A stretch of 64,000 nt of DNA from a virus. Its lineage: Duplodnaviria > Caudoviricetes. This document shows positions 57,701 to 64,000 of this stretch, one piece after another (the first letter of the stretch is position 1; each line of letters starts with the position of its first letter). A program made the position numbers and the translations under genes. Location of the stretch: IMG/VR virus record IMGVR_UViG_3300032138_000007, positions 1 through 64,000 of that record; one strand, written 5' to 3'. Below the pieces are notes generated by a model. That model was not told the origin of the DNA and did no database searches. It worked only from the letters and a program-made list of their open reading frames with translations.

Positions 57701-60569
57701 ACTTGATACAGCCAAGATAGATATTGATTCACGACATGGTGGAATAATTGCACTTGGAGCAAGTTCAGCATCATTAGCAGATTTAAGTGGAGCTGGTATA
57801 TTTCTTAGTGGTAGTGGTGAATTTAATTTTGAATATGATCAAAATAATTATTTTAGACGCAAAGATACAAGTGTTGATATAAAATCTGGTCAATTTGGTT
57901 TAAAAACAAGTACTTTAATTATTAGTTCTTCTCAAAATAGTGGTATGATAACAATGGGTTCAACACCAAACACAAGTGTAGATGGAACAAACTCTGGTAC
58001 TTATATGGACGGAACTGGTGATTTCTTGTCATATGGAAATGCAGCAAATTATTTCAGAAAAGACGGAACATCCCTTGATATAAAAGCAGGAACATTTGAT
58101 TTAGATGCAACTACTCTTATTATGGACAGTGCACTCAATCACGGTGTTATACGATTAGGAGCGAGTGGAGGACCAGCTAGCGTATCTGCATCTACCGCTG
58201 GTATTTATTTAGACGGACATGGTAATTTACAAGCATATGGAAATGCAACAAACTATATTAGAAAATCTGGAACTTCTCTTGATATAAAGGCCGATACTTT
58301 TGATTTAGACGCAACTACTATCATTATGGATAGTGCTCTTAATCATGGAGTTATAAGATTAGGTGCAAGTGGAGGACCGGCTAACGTATCCGCATCTACT
58401 GCTGGTATTTATTTTGATGGACATGGTAATTTCCAGGCATATGGTGGGGCAGCAGATTATATTAGAAAATCTGGAGCATCTTTAGAAGTGAAAGTTCAAA
58501 ACTTTGCATTAAGTGGTACAAGTGGAACTTTATCACTTGGAACTTTAGCTAACGCAAGTGATACTGCAGATACTTCAACAGGATTTTATGTAGATTCAAG
58601 TGGAAACTTCTTGGCAAAATCAGCTGCAACCAGTGGAACAGGATACATTCAAGCGAGTGGTGGTGATGTTGTTATAAGAGCAGGAAATTTTGGTTTAGGA
58701 ACAGCAACTATGGTTGTTAGTAGTTCCGTTAATAGTGGAACTATAAGAATGGGTTCTAATGGAGGTCCATTAACTGCAACTGCTGCTACTCAAGGTATTT
58801 ACATGGATGGAACTGGGGCGTTTCAAGTTTATGGTGATTCAAAAAATTATTTGAGAATTAATGGTGGAACAGTTGATATATTAACAGATGAAATAACAAT
58901 TGCAACAGCAGGAACTAATAAAGTTAAATTATTAGCAGATGGAACAAACACACCAACATTTGCAATGGGAGCAACTTTAAATACAAGTATTAGTGGAACT
59001 AATAAAGGTGTTTTCATGAATGGTGAAGGTGATTTCTTACTTTATGGAAGTGCCACAAATTATTTTAAATTTGATGCAACTGCAGCGTCCATTGACATAA
59101 AATCAGATACATTTGATTTAGACGCAACGGGTGAAGGATCCGGAATGATTTTGGAATCTGCTACAAATAAGGGTAAAATAGCACTTGGATCAACACCACC
59201 TTCACATGCATCGAGTAGTACAGGGTTTTATGCAGATGGTGCTGGTACTATGATGGTTGGAAATTCAAGTGGTAATAGAATGCAATACTTAGCTGATGGT
59301 ACTATTTATATGAAATCTTCTACTTTCAACTTAGATGCAACCACACTAATCCTTGATTCTGCAGCAAACAATGGTAAAGTTCAATTAGGACCAAGTGGTG
59401 GTCCTGGTAGTCCAACTGGAACAAGTAATGCCGGTGCATATCTTGATGGACAAGGTAGATTTAATTTTGTCGGTAATGCAAACAATTATATAAGATTTAA
59501 TGCAACAGGATTAGAAATAAACACTACTTATTTTGATGTAAATACTGCCGGTGAAATTACTGCAACACAAGGTGCAATTGGTGGATGGTATATTACAAGT
59601 ACTGCAATTCAAACTACTGCACCTGGTGCACCTAAAGCGGCTGCTGATATGACTCTGAGTAATACTGGTTATATTGCAATGGGAAGTACAACTCCACAAA
59701 CATTTGGTTCTGGTGGTGTTCAATTAGGGACATATGGTAGCAGTGCTGCTAAGTTTTTAGTAGCCAATGCAGCGGATACTGCAGGACATATAAAATTTGA
59801 TTCAGCAGATGGACAGTTACATATAAGTTCTTCAACGGTTTTAATTGGAACATCTGGAAGTGCTGTGGGTGGATATCAACCTGCAGGAGCATTTGTAAGT
59901 ATGTCAGCTGAGGGTCAGATGGAAATAAGTTCATCTGGAGTTCATATTAAACCTGGAGGAGATGCAGTTTTTGCTGGTGGAGATATAACTTTTGAACAAG
60001 GTGGAGATATTGCAAGTACAAATTATTTAATTGAACGTTCAAGATTATTCGGGTCAGGAGGTGATTCCCCAACGGTTCAGGCTAGCGGAACGGCTGATAC
60101 ATTAACAACTGGTACTGGTCAAGCAGCAAAATATTCCGCAGAAGATGGAATAGTAATGATAACAAATACTTCAGCGAATATATGGACACTATCACGAGAT
60201 GTTTATATGCAAGATTTAACCGTTAATAGTGGTGTGTATCTTGAAACAGCTGGATATAGAATATTTTGTAGAGGAACTTTAACTAATAATGGATGGATAC
60301 GAAATGATGGCCATGATGGAACTTCTGGAACTGGTAATAGTGCAGGTGCTGGTGGAGATGGTGGCCACGGTGGTTCACTAGCCGCAGGAACAGACGGTGG
60401 AAATGGTGGTCGTGGTGGTTATGAAGCGGGTGGAACTCATGGTGGAGGCGGAGGCGGAGCTGGTGGTACTGGTGGTGCCATATTAATTTCCGCAAGATAC
60501 ATCGCTGGTGACGGAGGAATCCGTGTTACAGGGGGTGATGGTGGTAATGGTGGAACATTACAACCATAA
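48786..60569 (+). CDS. Giant repeat-rich tail fibre / baseplate-attached protein (3927 aa)
   Basis: GGxIGGW/F repeats, about 12 I/QxSSTxxSMSLG repeats, GIYMDGxG repeats, C-terminal Gly-rich domain. Confidence 0.75.
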   Translation: MAVPKREAEFLGLRNLDVFKEDTTFDSTYFRVLECPPILTQGKSSFLIGGSNRLKSGIDIKMELIKDDSDEILYLQPVLGHLEGDLRRVSIEVYEDVKPGPYTLYIVGEIDSTVENVPPEWQGAYNVRWSKQITVNGMGTNIQPIYFYKQPSISVSEIFTGFVEIPSSSATPIYLTGSGEPRQGLSSIPPVENVTVGGSGVSTYPTLDFANKAKLSIIEENKPLVKLSGKHGLIGAQGQQVQTMSPVPNDFVITVSGDSSVNSLYVGHDITINNPQVDTSKFTLQSYHSVPTVYSSSVMKVLNNTSFVPKDVFYVYDNRTSPPTLEPAPLDSTYPISASYLTLPTQTTSSINLLSFGDIQISDLKTFSGDVHKIKIYAKSEGSLGDFQLIYDAPVESYQVLQDKSEDTLLNNMGYFLDTSRLQNYWEMYQGEDGGESTTLNYDATYINDSMKISGSNKEYGDTLRVQNKTAVDFIAGNLYSFKAKVYGISKAKKDIDGNIISAASLEVLAKGDAFEKVETTSTNWGDVKLSVPDFPTGANQYDFGIVEGSFLADNTATGYLQFKVDSGEWYVSDISLKAATDTAFNPDYVRLKAPVPPLLQRPDRVRFLVEFYDVNNNIADSVVFTEPFDFQGANINIGGTDNILSGSMFIGNALAAGIEMAGVSSAFVRSMGYHGFSSGSGKGNNAGDGTYSGFLMWSGSVLTDSGDDYKGVGLELVGHSESYFRFRTDPSELDIRADSFFVGSENSQYISGSGSQIEISSSNFHVSSSGDVSMTGTITADAGNIGDWKIIDGKLSGSNATLDAVGAALYHTTLGPGSDTSAAFDQLRNEYYIDFTPSEGETATAGKYYVKFGPNFSVSESGVLFASGAVFEGTITASAGSIGGASIESRSLAYSPFWRISSSADQTDPASFISSSAFKVSAGGNITGSEVLFTGGTIGGFSINETQLYSGTDILLDSNNKRLSLADGSVFLDGDLSDGTIYVGRSVTANLSTPSGFGARFKGNGNFILVSGSGQYIRSVGDGLEFVSQNVNISGSSVKIYTPEFFLGGSGQYISGSNSNIEISSSKFYVDTDGNVTGSDVRFTGGRIAGWVISGNKLLSANNSMRINGHTSTPKITVHSHTFENEGVQLGYNSSGKIGFYAGDGANDYIHYHEDDGLDIKTAVFKLDTAQFDIDSSTASGKLSMGSTPPSAYNSGTGIYMDGTGKLLIGAHNGDRIQFDGTNFTVQVGSLELDANNIEISSTNASMSLGEGNILLDGANSRVKVGSSATKQITLQGHADYGYIATGKTSATSTTAGFWLANNDTDPEFAVGDATNYIKFDGGDLDIASEKLEISASTFQVSTAQASMSLGHNSTYPLGRLMMEGLGTPTFKMGPDVDVISMTTGSGIYMDGDGNFKFGDNDGQVKFQNGSFSITGSDVAIQVTDINVKANGFELSSQQASMSLGTNQQWKAYGGSANPYMSIGMGGSGSYGSDGLWLAYNDTIGKPRVSFVGSTGHFKFTGTDLDVKTGTLALAASNIQLSSAQASMSLGGVPGAAANILLDGGNSKIEVGSANKVTIQGGTTDNYMVMGSKTSFTHFDQSTQGIIIGMDSTVPKIEITKNSANYLSFDGTNFDIKLSQGFELDATNIEISSTNASMSLGGSNDIILDGANNKITVGSGNSITIQGGAADNYMVMGSKSSFTHEGSGTAGIIIGMDATNPQAEFVKSSTDYFIFDGGSGVDIKTTNFNLDANTGDLQISSTHKSMSLGDGKVKLQGASSPYMVLNSGSNAITLKTDGTDSFMVMGSKTDFDEYDKSTVGIILGMDTAVPKFEMAKSGDDYLRWDSTDGLDLRTTKMEVSASNVQISSTQASMSIGDPTSTGGAIVLQSQGTDKMLKFGNKATFDQDAIAGLIMGINGDTSNAPEFDYTVGTGNDQYVRMLTSGIFMKVPNFKLDTALLDIDSATSRIDIYDNSGGVDGSDLRVRIGEIDPTAGNQYGLVVYDGTGSGSADEIAHFGSDYNKIASWSISPTQISSENLILDSGGTMQTSDFASGVQGWRITSANNGEAEFEKVTIRGTLSTTVFEKESVNAVGGQLYVANSTIYTGSAQISATETTMSVANVGGFAAGEILSAKKVSDTGFQTEYLYVQSASRDVPSSDKNFMGKLYVVRGYSGSLPGTHDTGSLGDSAQSAQSYENGQVIVSTGKVGTGYVRINANPNDSTTPYIDIVERTGSAIYDISLKARLGDLSGLSSGLLYGNSSPGFGLFTENVFLQGGITATTGSFTGKVHIRTDASNQIIMGTDVDGGTNDGFYLNANNYWYTNDKFRIGDTNYYLKWDSSNIEIVPQKFELNAGSGDIQISSTQKSMSLGNGDIHFHSPNSTTSYMRLGSNTSKAIYITGSSTEGVIRSGKTSVTSNTAGFWLANTDGDQEFVVGDATDYIRYSGSAVDVQTRAFELDANNGDLQISSTQRSMSLNDGKIVLSGSTAPFIQIGNSANYSIKLQTDGTDQFMTMGSKTSFTHEGSGTGGILIGMDNDNPQAEFVSDDLQTYFIFDGDSGLDVKTTAFELAANTDDLQISSTQKSMSLASGKVLLDGGGNYGYIRVGGSVSLAGAIHISGSTATSIIRAGKSSYSDTTNAGFVLEKTATDSKFYVGDTSDGSFIKFDSDTGIEIGTQKFELAANTDDLQISSTQKSMSLAGGNVLLDGSQTAGYIRVGSNATTRDNIQLSGSNTLAVIKAGVSGSYADAVSSGDNGFILERNLTSTKFHLGNATEYIRFDGSDIDISADSLSITASNVNITAADGMEVDAPDFEISTAHKSMSLGYTTNTAYGVTMVGAGNSYISFGPKTSPNFQLYSAGATENYLKIGSQTFGGTQGGIILGEASSGVYKFEIYKDADEYFRFATDGGGLDIRTLSMSLETPGLKIHGYETLGASNYIALGSATSATAGEGYWADGGGSFRVGTATSGVASPSYMYFNSGDDSLTVKTDTLILDTAKIDIDSRHGGIIALGASSASLADLSGAGIFLSGSGEFNFEYDQNNYFRRKDTSVDIKSGQFGLKTSTLIISSSQNSGMITMGSTPNTSVDGTNSGTYMDGTGDFLSYGNAANYFRKDGTSLDIKAGTFDLDATTLIMDSALNHGVIRLGASGGPASVSASTAGIYLDGHGNLQAYGNATNYIRKSGTSLDIKADTFDLDATTIIMDSALNHGVIRLGASGGPANVSASTAGIYFDGHGNFQAYGGAADYIRKSGASLEVKVQNFALSGTSGTLSLGTLANASDTADTSTGFYVDSSGNFLAKSAATSGTGYIQASGGDVVIRAGNFGLGTATMVVSSSVNSGTIRMGSNGGPLTATAATQGIYMDGTGAFQVYGDSKNYLRINGGTVDILTDEITIATAGTNKVKLLADGTNTPTFAMGATLNTSISGTNKGVFMNGEGDFLLYGSATNYFKFDATAASIDIKSDTFDLDATGEGSGMILESATNKGKIALGSTPPSHASSSTGFYADGAGTMMVGNSSGNRMQYLADGTIYMKSSTFNLDATTLILDSAANNGKVQLGPSGGPGSPTGTSNAGAYLDGQGRFNFVGNANNYIRFNATGLEINTTYFDVNTAGEITATQGAIGGWYITSTAIQTTAPGAPKAAADMTLSNTGYIAMGSTTPQTFGSGGVQLGTYGSSAAKFLVANAADTAGHIKFDSADGQLHISSSTVLIGTSGSAVGGYQPAGAFVSMSAEGQMEISSSGVHIKPGGDAVFAGGDITFEQGGDIASTNYLIERSRLFGSGGDSPTVQASGTADTLTTGTGQAAKYSAEDGIVMITNTSANIWTLSRDVYMQDLTVNSGVYLETAGYRIFCRGTLTNNGWIRNDGHDGTSGTGNSAGAGGDGGHGGSLAAGTDGGNGGRGGYEAGGTHGGGGGGAGGTGGAILISARYIAGDGGIRVTGGDGGNGGTLQP
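58065..58445 (+). repeat. Tandem 204-nt (68-aa) duplication within the giant fibre
   Basis: GTSLDIKA..FDLDATT..MDSALNHGVIRLGASGGPAxVSASTAGIYxDGHGN occurs twice. Confidence 0.85.
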
Positions 60570-60586
60570 TAGTATAGGAGAATAGA

Positions 60587-61183
60587 ATGAATTTATATTA
60601 TAAAAAAAGAAAAAAACAACAAAGTAAATATAGTGTTGTTTGGAAATCGACTCGAACCTTTCGAATGGCAGAAGGTGGAGCTGCAGGAGCACTTGGTGGT
60701 GGCGGTGGTTCATCTTCCGCAACAACTCGTGTTAATGTTGTTGATCCACACATTCTTTTAATGTGGAGAGATGTTATGCATACAACTGAAACCGCACCCA
60801 GACTCAAAGTAAGTGGTGGATCAGGAGGAGGCGGAGGCGGTGGCCAAGGTGCACAAGGTACAACCAATGGTGAACCTGGTACACCTGGCGCAGCTGGTGA
60901 TGATGTTTCAAATTGTGTAAATTCTACGGCTGGTAAAAATGGTGGTGCTGGAGGAGCTGGTGGTGGTGGTGGATCCGTTGCCGGTGGAGGCGGAGGCGGT
61001 GGAGCTGGTGGTAATGGTGGAATAATAATGATTATTACTACAACCGCATCAACTCCTTGGACAACACATAACGTTGAAGGTGGTGCCAGAGGAACTGGTG
61101 GAGCCGCGAGTGCCGCGGGAGCCGATACAGGAGGTCAGGGAACAGCAGGATCAGACGGCAAAGATTATTGGATACGAGTTTAA
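60587..61183 (+). CDS. Glycine-rich (polyglycine II-type) fibre-tip/adhesin-like protein
   Basis: GGxGG runs and GGAGGNGGIIMI, similar to the end of the giant fibre. Confidence 0.6.
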   Translation: MNLYYKKRKKQQSKYSVVWKSTRTFRMAEGGAAGALGGGGGSSSATTRVNVVDPHILLMWRDVMHTTETAPRLKVSGGSGGGGGGGQGAQGTTNGEPGTPGAAGDDVSNCVNSTAGKNGGAGGAGGGGGSVAGGGGGGGAGGNGGIIMIITTTASTPWTTHNVEGGARGTGGAASAAGADTGGQGTAGSDGKDYWIRV

Positions 61184-61216
61184 TTAATATATATGTATAT
61201 ATAACAAAGGTAATAA

Positions 61217-61681
61217 ATGGCTAATTATATAACAACAGATACAACAGACCCTAATCAAACTAATATTAGGATGACAACCAATCTTATGATTGGGGCAGAT
61301 TCAGATCCTGCTCAAGAGTTACACGTTACGGGTGATGGAGTATTTACAGGTAATATTACTGCATATTATTCTTCAGACATAAGTTTGAAAGATAATATCA
61401 GACCGATAGAAAGTGCCATTTTTAAAGTTAAACAAATTAGAGGTGTTACATTTGATTGGAACGAAAAATCAAATAAGTTACAACAAGAAAAAGGTCATGA
61501 TGTAGGTTTAATAGCACAAGAGGTTGAAAAGGTTTTACCAGAAGTTATTCAGATTCGTAAAGATGGAATTAAAGCAATATCATATGAAAAAGTAGTTCCA
61601 TTATTGGTAGAAGCCATTAAAGAACAACAAACCACTATTGAAAGTTTGGAGAGTAGAATAAAATTGTTAGAGGAAAGATAG
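61217..61681 (+). CDS. Peptidase S74 intramolecular-chaperone domain protein
   Basis: YYSSDISLKDNI..FDW..GLIAQEVEKVLPE..YEKVVPLLVEAIKEQQ. Confidence 0.9.
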   Translation: MANYITTDTTDPNQTNIRMTTNLMIGADSDPAQELHVTGDGVFTGNITAYYSSDISLKDNIRPIESAIFKVKQIRGVTFDWNEKSNKLQQEKGHDVGLIAQEVEKVLPEVIQIRKDGIKAISYEKVVPLLVEAIKEQQTTIESLESRIKLLEER

Positions 61682-62812
61682 ATGGCACTTCAAGACGGAT
61701 TTAAAGTATTAAGTTTGACCATTATAGACGGTGGAGGCGGATGGGGTGGAGATACAACTGGTAAGTTAGTTATGAGATCACCTGGATCACAATCTATTTA
61801 TGTTGGTAGTGGTTTTACAGGAACTTGGGAATCAGACCCAGGTGGAGTAATTGATGGAACTGCAATAACTGCAGCAGGTAAGAATTATTCATCTGGTTCT
61901 TGGGCATTTTCAACACATGGACGGGCAATTCCTGGAGAATTTTGTAGTATTGGAATTATGGGAACAGGATCAGGTTCATTAATAATACCAAAAATAGGAC
62001 AAGATGCTTCAATCTCATTTAATCAATTAAATACAGAAAGGGGAGTTGGGGCTACCAGTGAAGCTTCTATTCACCAACTATATGAAGATTTTTCATCAAT
62101 AGCAGGTTCAGTTCATACGGATGTAACAGGTAAACCTAATTTTGATTGGTTTCAAGGTGGTCCCAGGTCGGCTTCTGGTGTAGATCCAGGAGAAGGCGGA
62201 ATATATCAATCTCATCCAATTAGATTAGATGAATTTTATGGTTCTAATTATTCACAATATGGTGGTTTGGGTTGTCTTGGAATAGGAACACCTATAACAA
62301 TGGCAGATGGTTCTACAAAGAACATAGAAGATATTAATATAGGAGAGTGGGTAAGAGCAGCAACCGTTCCTGGTATGCCATTAGACTTTGATGAAGAAAA
62401 TACTTGGTCAGTTTGGGAAGGAACACCACACGGAAACCCACCCGGTTCAGTATGGGCAACTGCATATTATGATATACAGGAAACTAATCGAGTTACACCA
62501 GCAAGTGCATCAGTTATGGATATATATTTTGATTGGTATGAAAATTATTATTTGATAAATAATTCTTTAAAGGCAACATTTGAACATCCATTTTTTGTGT
62601 TAAGAGATGGTAATTATCATTTTAAAACAACAGCTAGTTTGTTACCTGGTGATAAATTATTTAAAACAGATAATGAATTTGAACAGATAGAAACGATTGA
62701 ATTTATAAATGAACCATTAGAAACTGTCAATTTAAATGTAGAACCTTTAGATGTTTATTTTGGAGGTGGTTATTTAATGCACAATGTACATGGAAAAGAA
62801 GCTGAAAGTTAA
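61682..62812 (+). CDS. Tail-associated protein with C-terminal Hint (intein-like) domain
   Basis: CLGIGTPITMADG..IEDI, TFEHPF, NLNV..YF..LMHN. Confidence 0.85.
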   Translation: MALQDGFKVLSLTIIDGGGGWGGDTTGKLVMRSPGSQSIYVGSGFTGTWESDPGGVIDGTAITAAGKNYSSGSWAFSTHGRAIPGEFCSIGIMGTGSGSLIIPKIGQDASISFNQLNTERGVGATSEASIHQLYEDFSSIAGSVHTDVTGKPNFDWFQGGPRSASGVDPGEGGIYQSHPIRLDEFYGSNYSQYGGLGCLGIGTPITMADGSTKNIEDINIGEWVRAATVPGMPLDFDEENTWSVWEGTPHGNPPGSVWATAYYDIQETNRVTPASASVMDIYFDWYENYYLINNSLKATFEHPFFVLRDGNYHFKTTASLLPGDKLFKTDNEFEQIETIEFINEPLETVNLNVEPLDVYFGGGYLMHNVHGKEAES

Positions 62813-63354
62813 TGTATAAGTATTTAGAGGGTAATGTTAATCCTACTTATGAAAGGTTTAATAGTTTTTTAAATGAATACTTTTTAGATAATTTAATTGA
62901 TGGTTATGAAATTTATTTATTTGGAGCATTCCCTGATACAATAGAAACTAAAGATGTTGATATTAGATTGATTGGTAAACCATCAGATTACAATGAACTT
63001 GGTAATTATATGAAGGAAGTTTCTGAAGTTGGATTAAAAAAATATAATATGTATATTGATATTTTTTGTGATGAGGAAGGTAAACTTATAAAATATATTG
63101 ATGAATTTAATAGAACTCTAAAGGGTCCACGTTTTTTTAGTATACAATATGTTCATTATTTAAGATTATATCAAGATGGTGTTTTGTTAAGAGATTCAAG
63201 AGAATCTCATACTAATAAAAAAATTGAAAAAGTTGGGGATAATTTATGGAGAATACAAAGAACAATGCAATTAACAAAATGGGTAAAAAAAGATGGTTTA
63301 CCAAAACCTTATAAGTTAGAAGAATATTTAAATAGTAATTATTATAGAGAGTAA
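62812..63354 (+). CDS. Pol-beta superfamily nucleotidyltransferase-like protein
   Basis: IYLFGAF...TKDVDI...IDIF. Confidence 0.55.
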   Translation: MYKYLEGNVNPTYERFNSFLNEYFLDNLIDGYEIYLFGAFPDTIETKDVDIRLIGKPSDYNELGNYMKEVSEVGLKKYNMYIDIFCDEEGKLIKYIDEFNRTLKGPRFFSIQYVHYLRLYQDGVLLRDSRESHTNKKIEKVGDNLWRIQRTMQLTKWVKKDGLPKPYKLEEYLNSNYYRE

Positions 63355-63357
63355 AAT

Positions 63358-64000
63358 ATGAGTTATGATGTTTATTACAGTACAGGAGGTGGTTCTTTAG
63401 TTTATGGTGGAAGTGATGTTTGGGTTAATAATTGGTTACGAGAAGTAGCCCCCAAACTTAATCATCCATCTAAGTTATTGATTCATCGCCGTAATCCAGA
63501 TAAAAGAGTAAAGTTTGATAGTCCAATAGAAGTTATATGGCAAGGTGATAACCCAAAAGAATTTGAAAAACTAGCAAAAAATGCTCGTAAGATTCATATT
63601 TTACACGGATATTATACACCACATAAGATAATAGAAGATAATCAAGATAAAATAGATTCGGTATGTATTCATGTATCAGTTCAATTAAGTTTAAATGCTG
63701 GTTTTCACTTGGGATTACCTAAATTAATGCATTTTTCAGCAAATAGAGCATGGGAACGAAGAATTGCTCAGATATCAAAGAAGGTGATTTGGATTGGGTT
63801 AGATAAGATTCCATTACATGACCAAGTAGACATAATTGATATACCTAACTATTATGAATTTACACAAAATAAAAAAGTATGTATGAGTAATAGAGTGGGA
63901 TATGCGGCACGCATGGAAACCCGTAAATCACCACATTTTTTAGAAGGTGTAGATAGTTACGTATTTACCGATTTAGAGGATTGGAAGTGGTGGAAAGAAA
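63358..64000 (+). CDS. Glycosyltransferase-like (GT-B) protein, truncated by window end
   Basis: MSYDVYYSTGGG..GGSDVWV..IPNYY..VGYAARMETRK; open to window end. Confidence 0.55.
   Translation, partial: MSYDVYYSTGGGSLVYGGSDVWVNNWLREVAPKLNHPSKLLIHRRNPDKRVKFDSPIEVIWQGDNPKEFEKLAKNARKIHILHGYYTPHKIIEDNQDKIDSVCIHVSVQLSLNAGFHLGLPKLMHFSANRAWERRIAQISKKVIWIGLDKIPLHDQVDIIDIPNYYEFTQNKKVCMSNRVGYAARMETRKSPHFLEGVDSYVFTDLEDWKWWKE

Noticed and set aside
58065-58445. Diversity-generating retroelement TR/VR pair
   Set aside because: In-frame tandem coding duplication with mostly synonymous, non-adenine-specific changes; no reverse transcriptase in the window
281-60867. Most minus-strand ORFs in the track (e.g. 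281, 1229, 2764, 8213, 17348, 47281, 53198, 60598) and nested plus-strand ORFs (8230, 10643, 14048, 26297)
   Set aside because: Antisense or frame shadows inside well-supported genes, with no motifs
62273-62785. Canonical splicing intein / mobile element
   Set aside because: The +1 residue is Val, there is no homing endonuclease, and the C-extein is only 8 aa
1-64000. Stop-codon reassignment
   Set aside because: Very long ORFs are intact in the standard code; TAA, TAG and TGA all end genes followed by a new RBS

Overview
AT-rich, densely coding, almost entirely plus-strand segment of a large lytic tailed phage, probably a jumbo myovirus, read in the standard genetic code with strong AGGAG Shine-Dalgarno sites. 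Layout: (1) 0.1-13.7 kb, host-takeover and accessory genes: Hsp20, J-domain protein, Hc1 histone-like protein, small early ORFs behind sigma70-type promoters, tRNA-Cys, peptide deformylase, an IMPDH/GMP-reductase family enzyme, a tmRNA with a very long tag, a DNA methyltransferase, 3D and HD domain proteins, and a gp55-like sigma factor. (2) 13.7-16.3 kb, a terminator-bounded type IV pilin cassette with a sigma54-like promoter. (3) 16.5-39 kb, baseplate/tail genes with two paralog arrays, interrupted by a PKD-(GGNGK)9 gene and a SET-domain gene. (4) 39-43.9 kb, a cell-envelope cluster: mini-MscS, outer-membrane barrel, metallothionein-like peptide, lipoprotein, MshEN-domain membrane protein and a CxxC-less thioredoxin fold. 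(5) 43.9-48.7 kb, resolvase-like nuclease, primase, fused Mre11-Rad50 and a minus-strand RHH protein. (6) 48.8-64 kb, a 3927-aa repeat-rich fibre, Gly-rich, S74 and Hint proteins, a nucleotidyltransferase and a truncated glycosyltransferase. The best candidates for undescribed biology are: a PKD domain lacking its first strand, with four orphan first-strand motifs on neighbouring genes, one of them on a SET protein sitting next to an H4-tail-like GKGG repeat; a phage pilin cassette plus an MshEN-type protein; and a tmRNA with a 38-codon tag. All family calls come from motif recognition by eye; no database searches were run.
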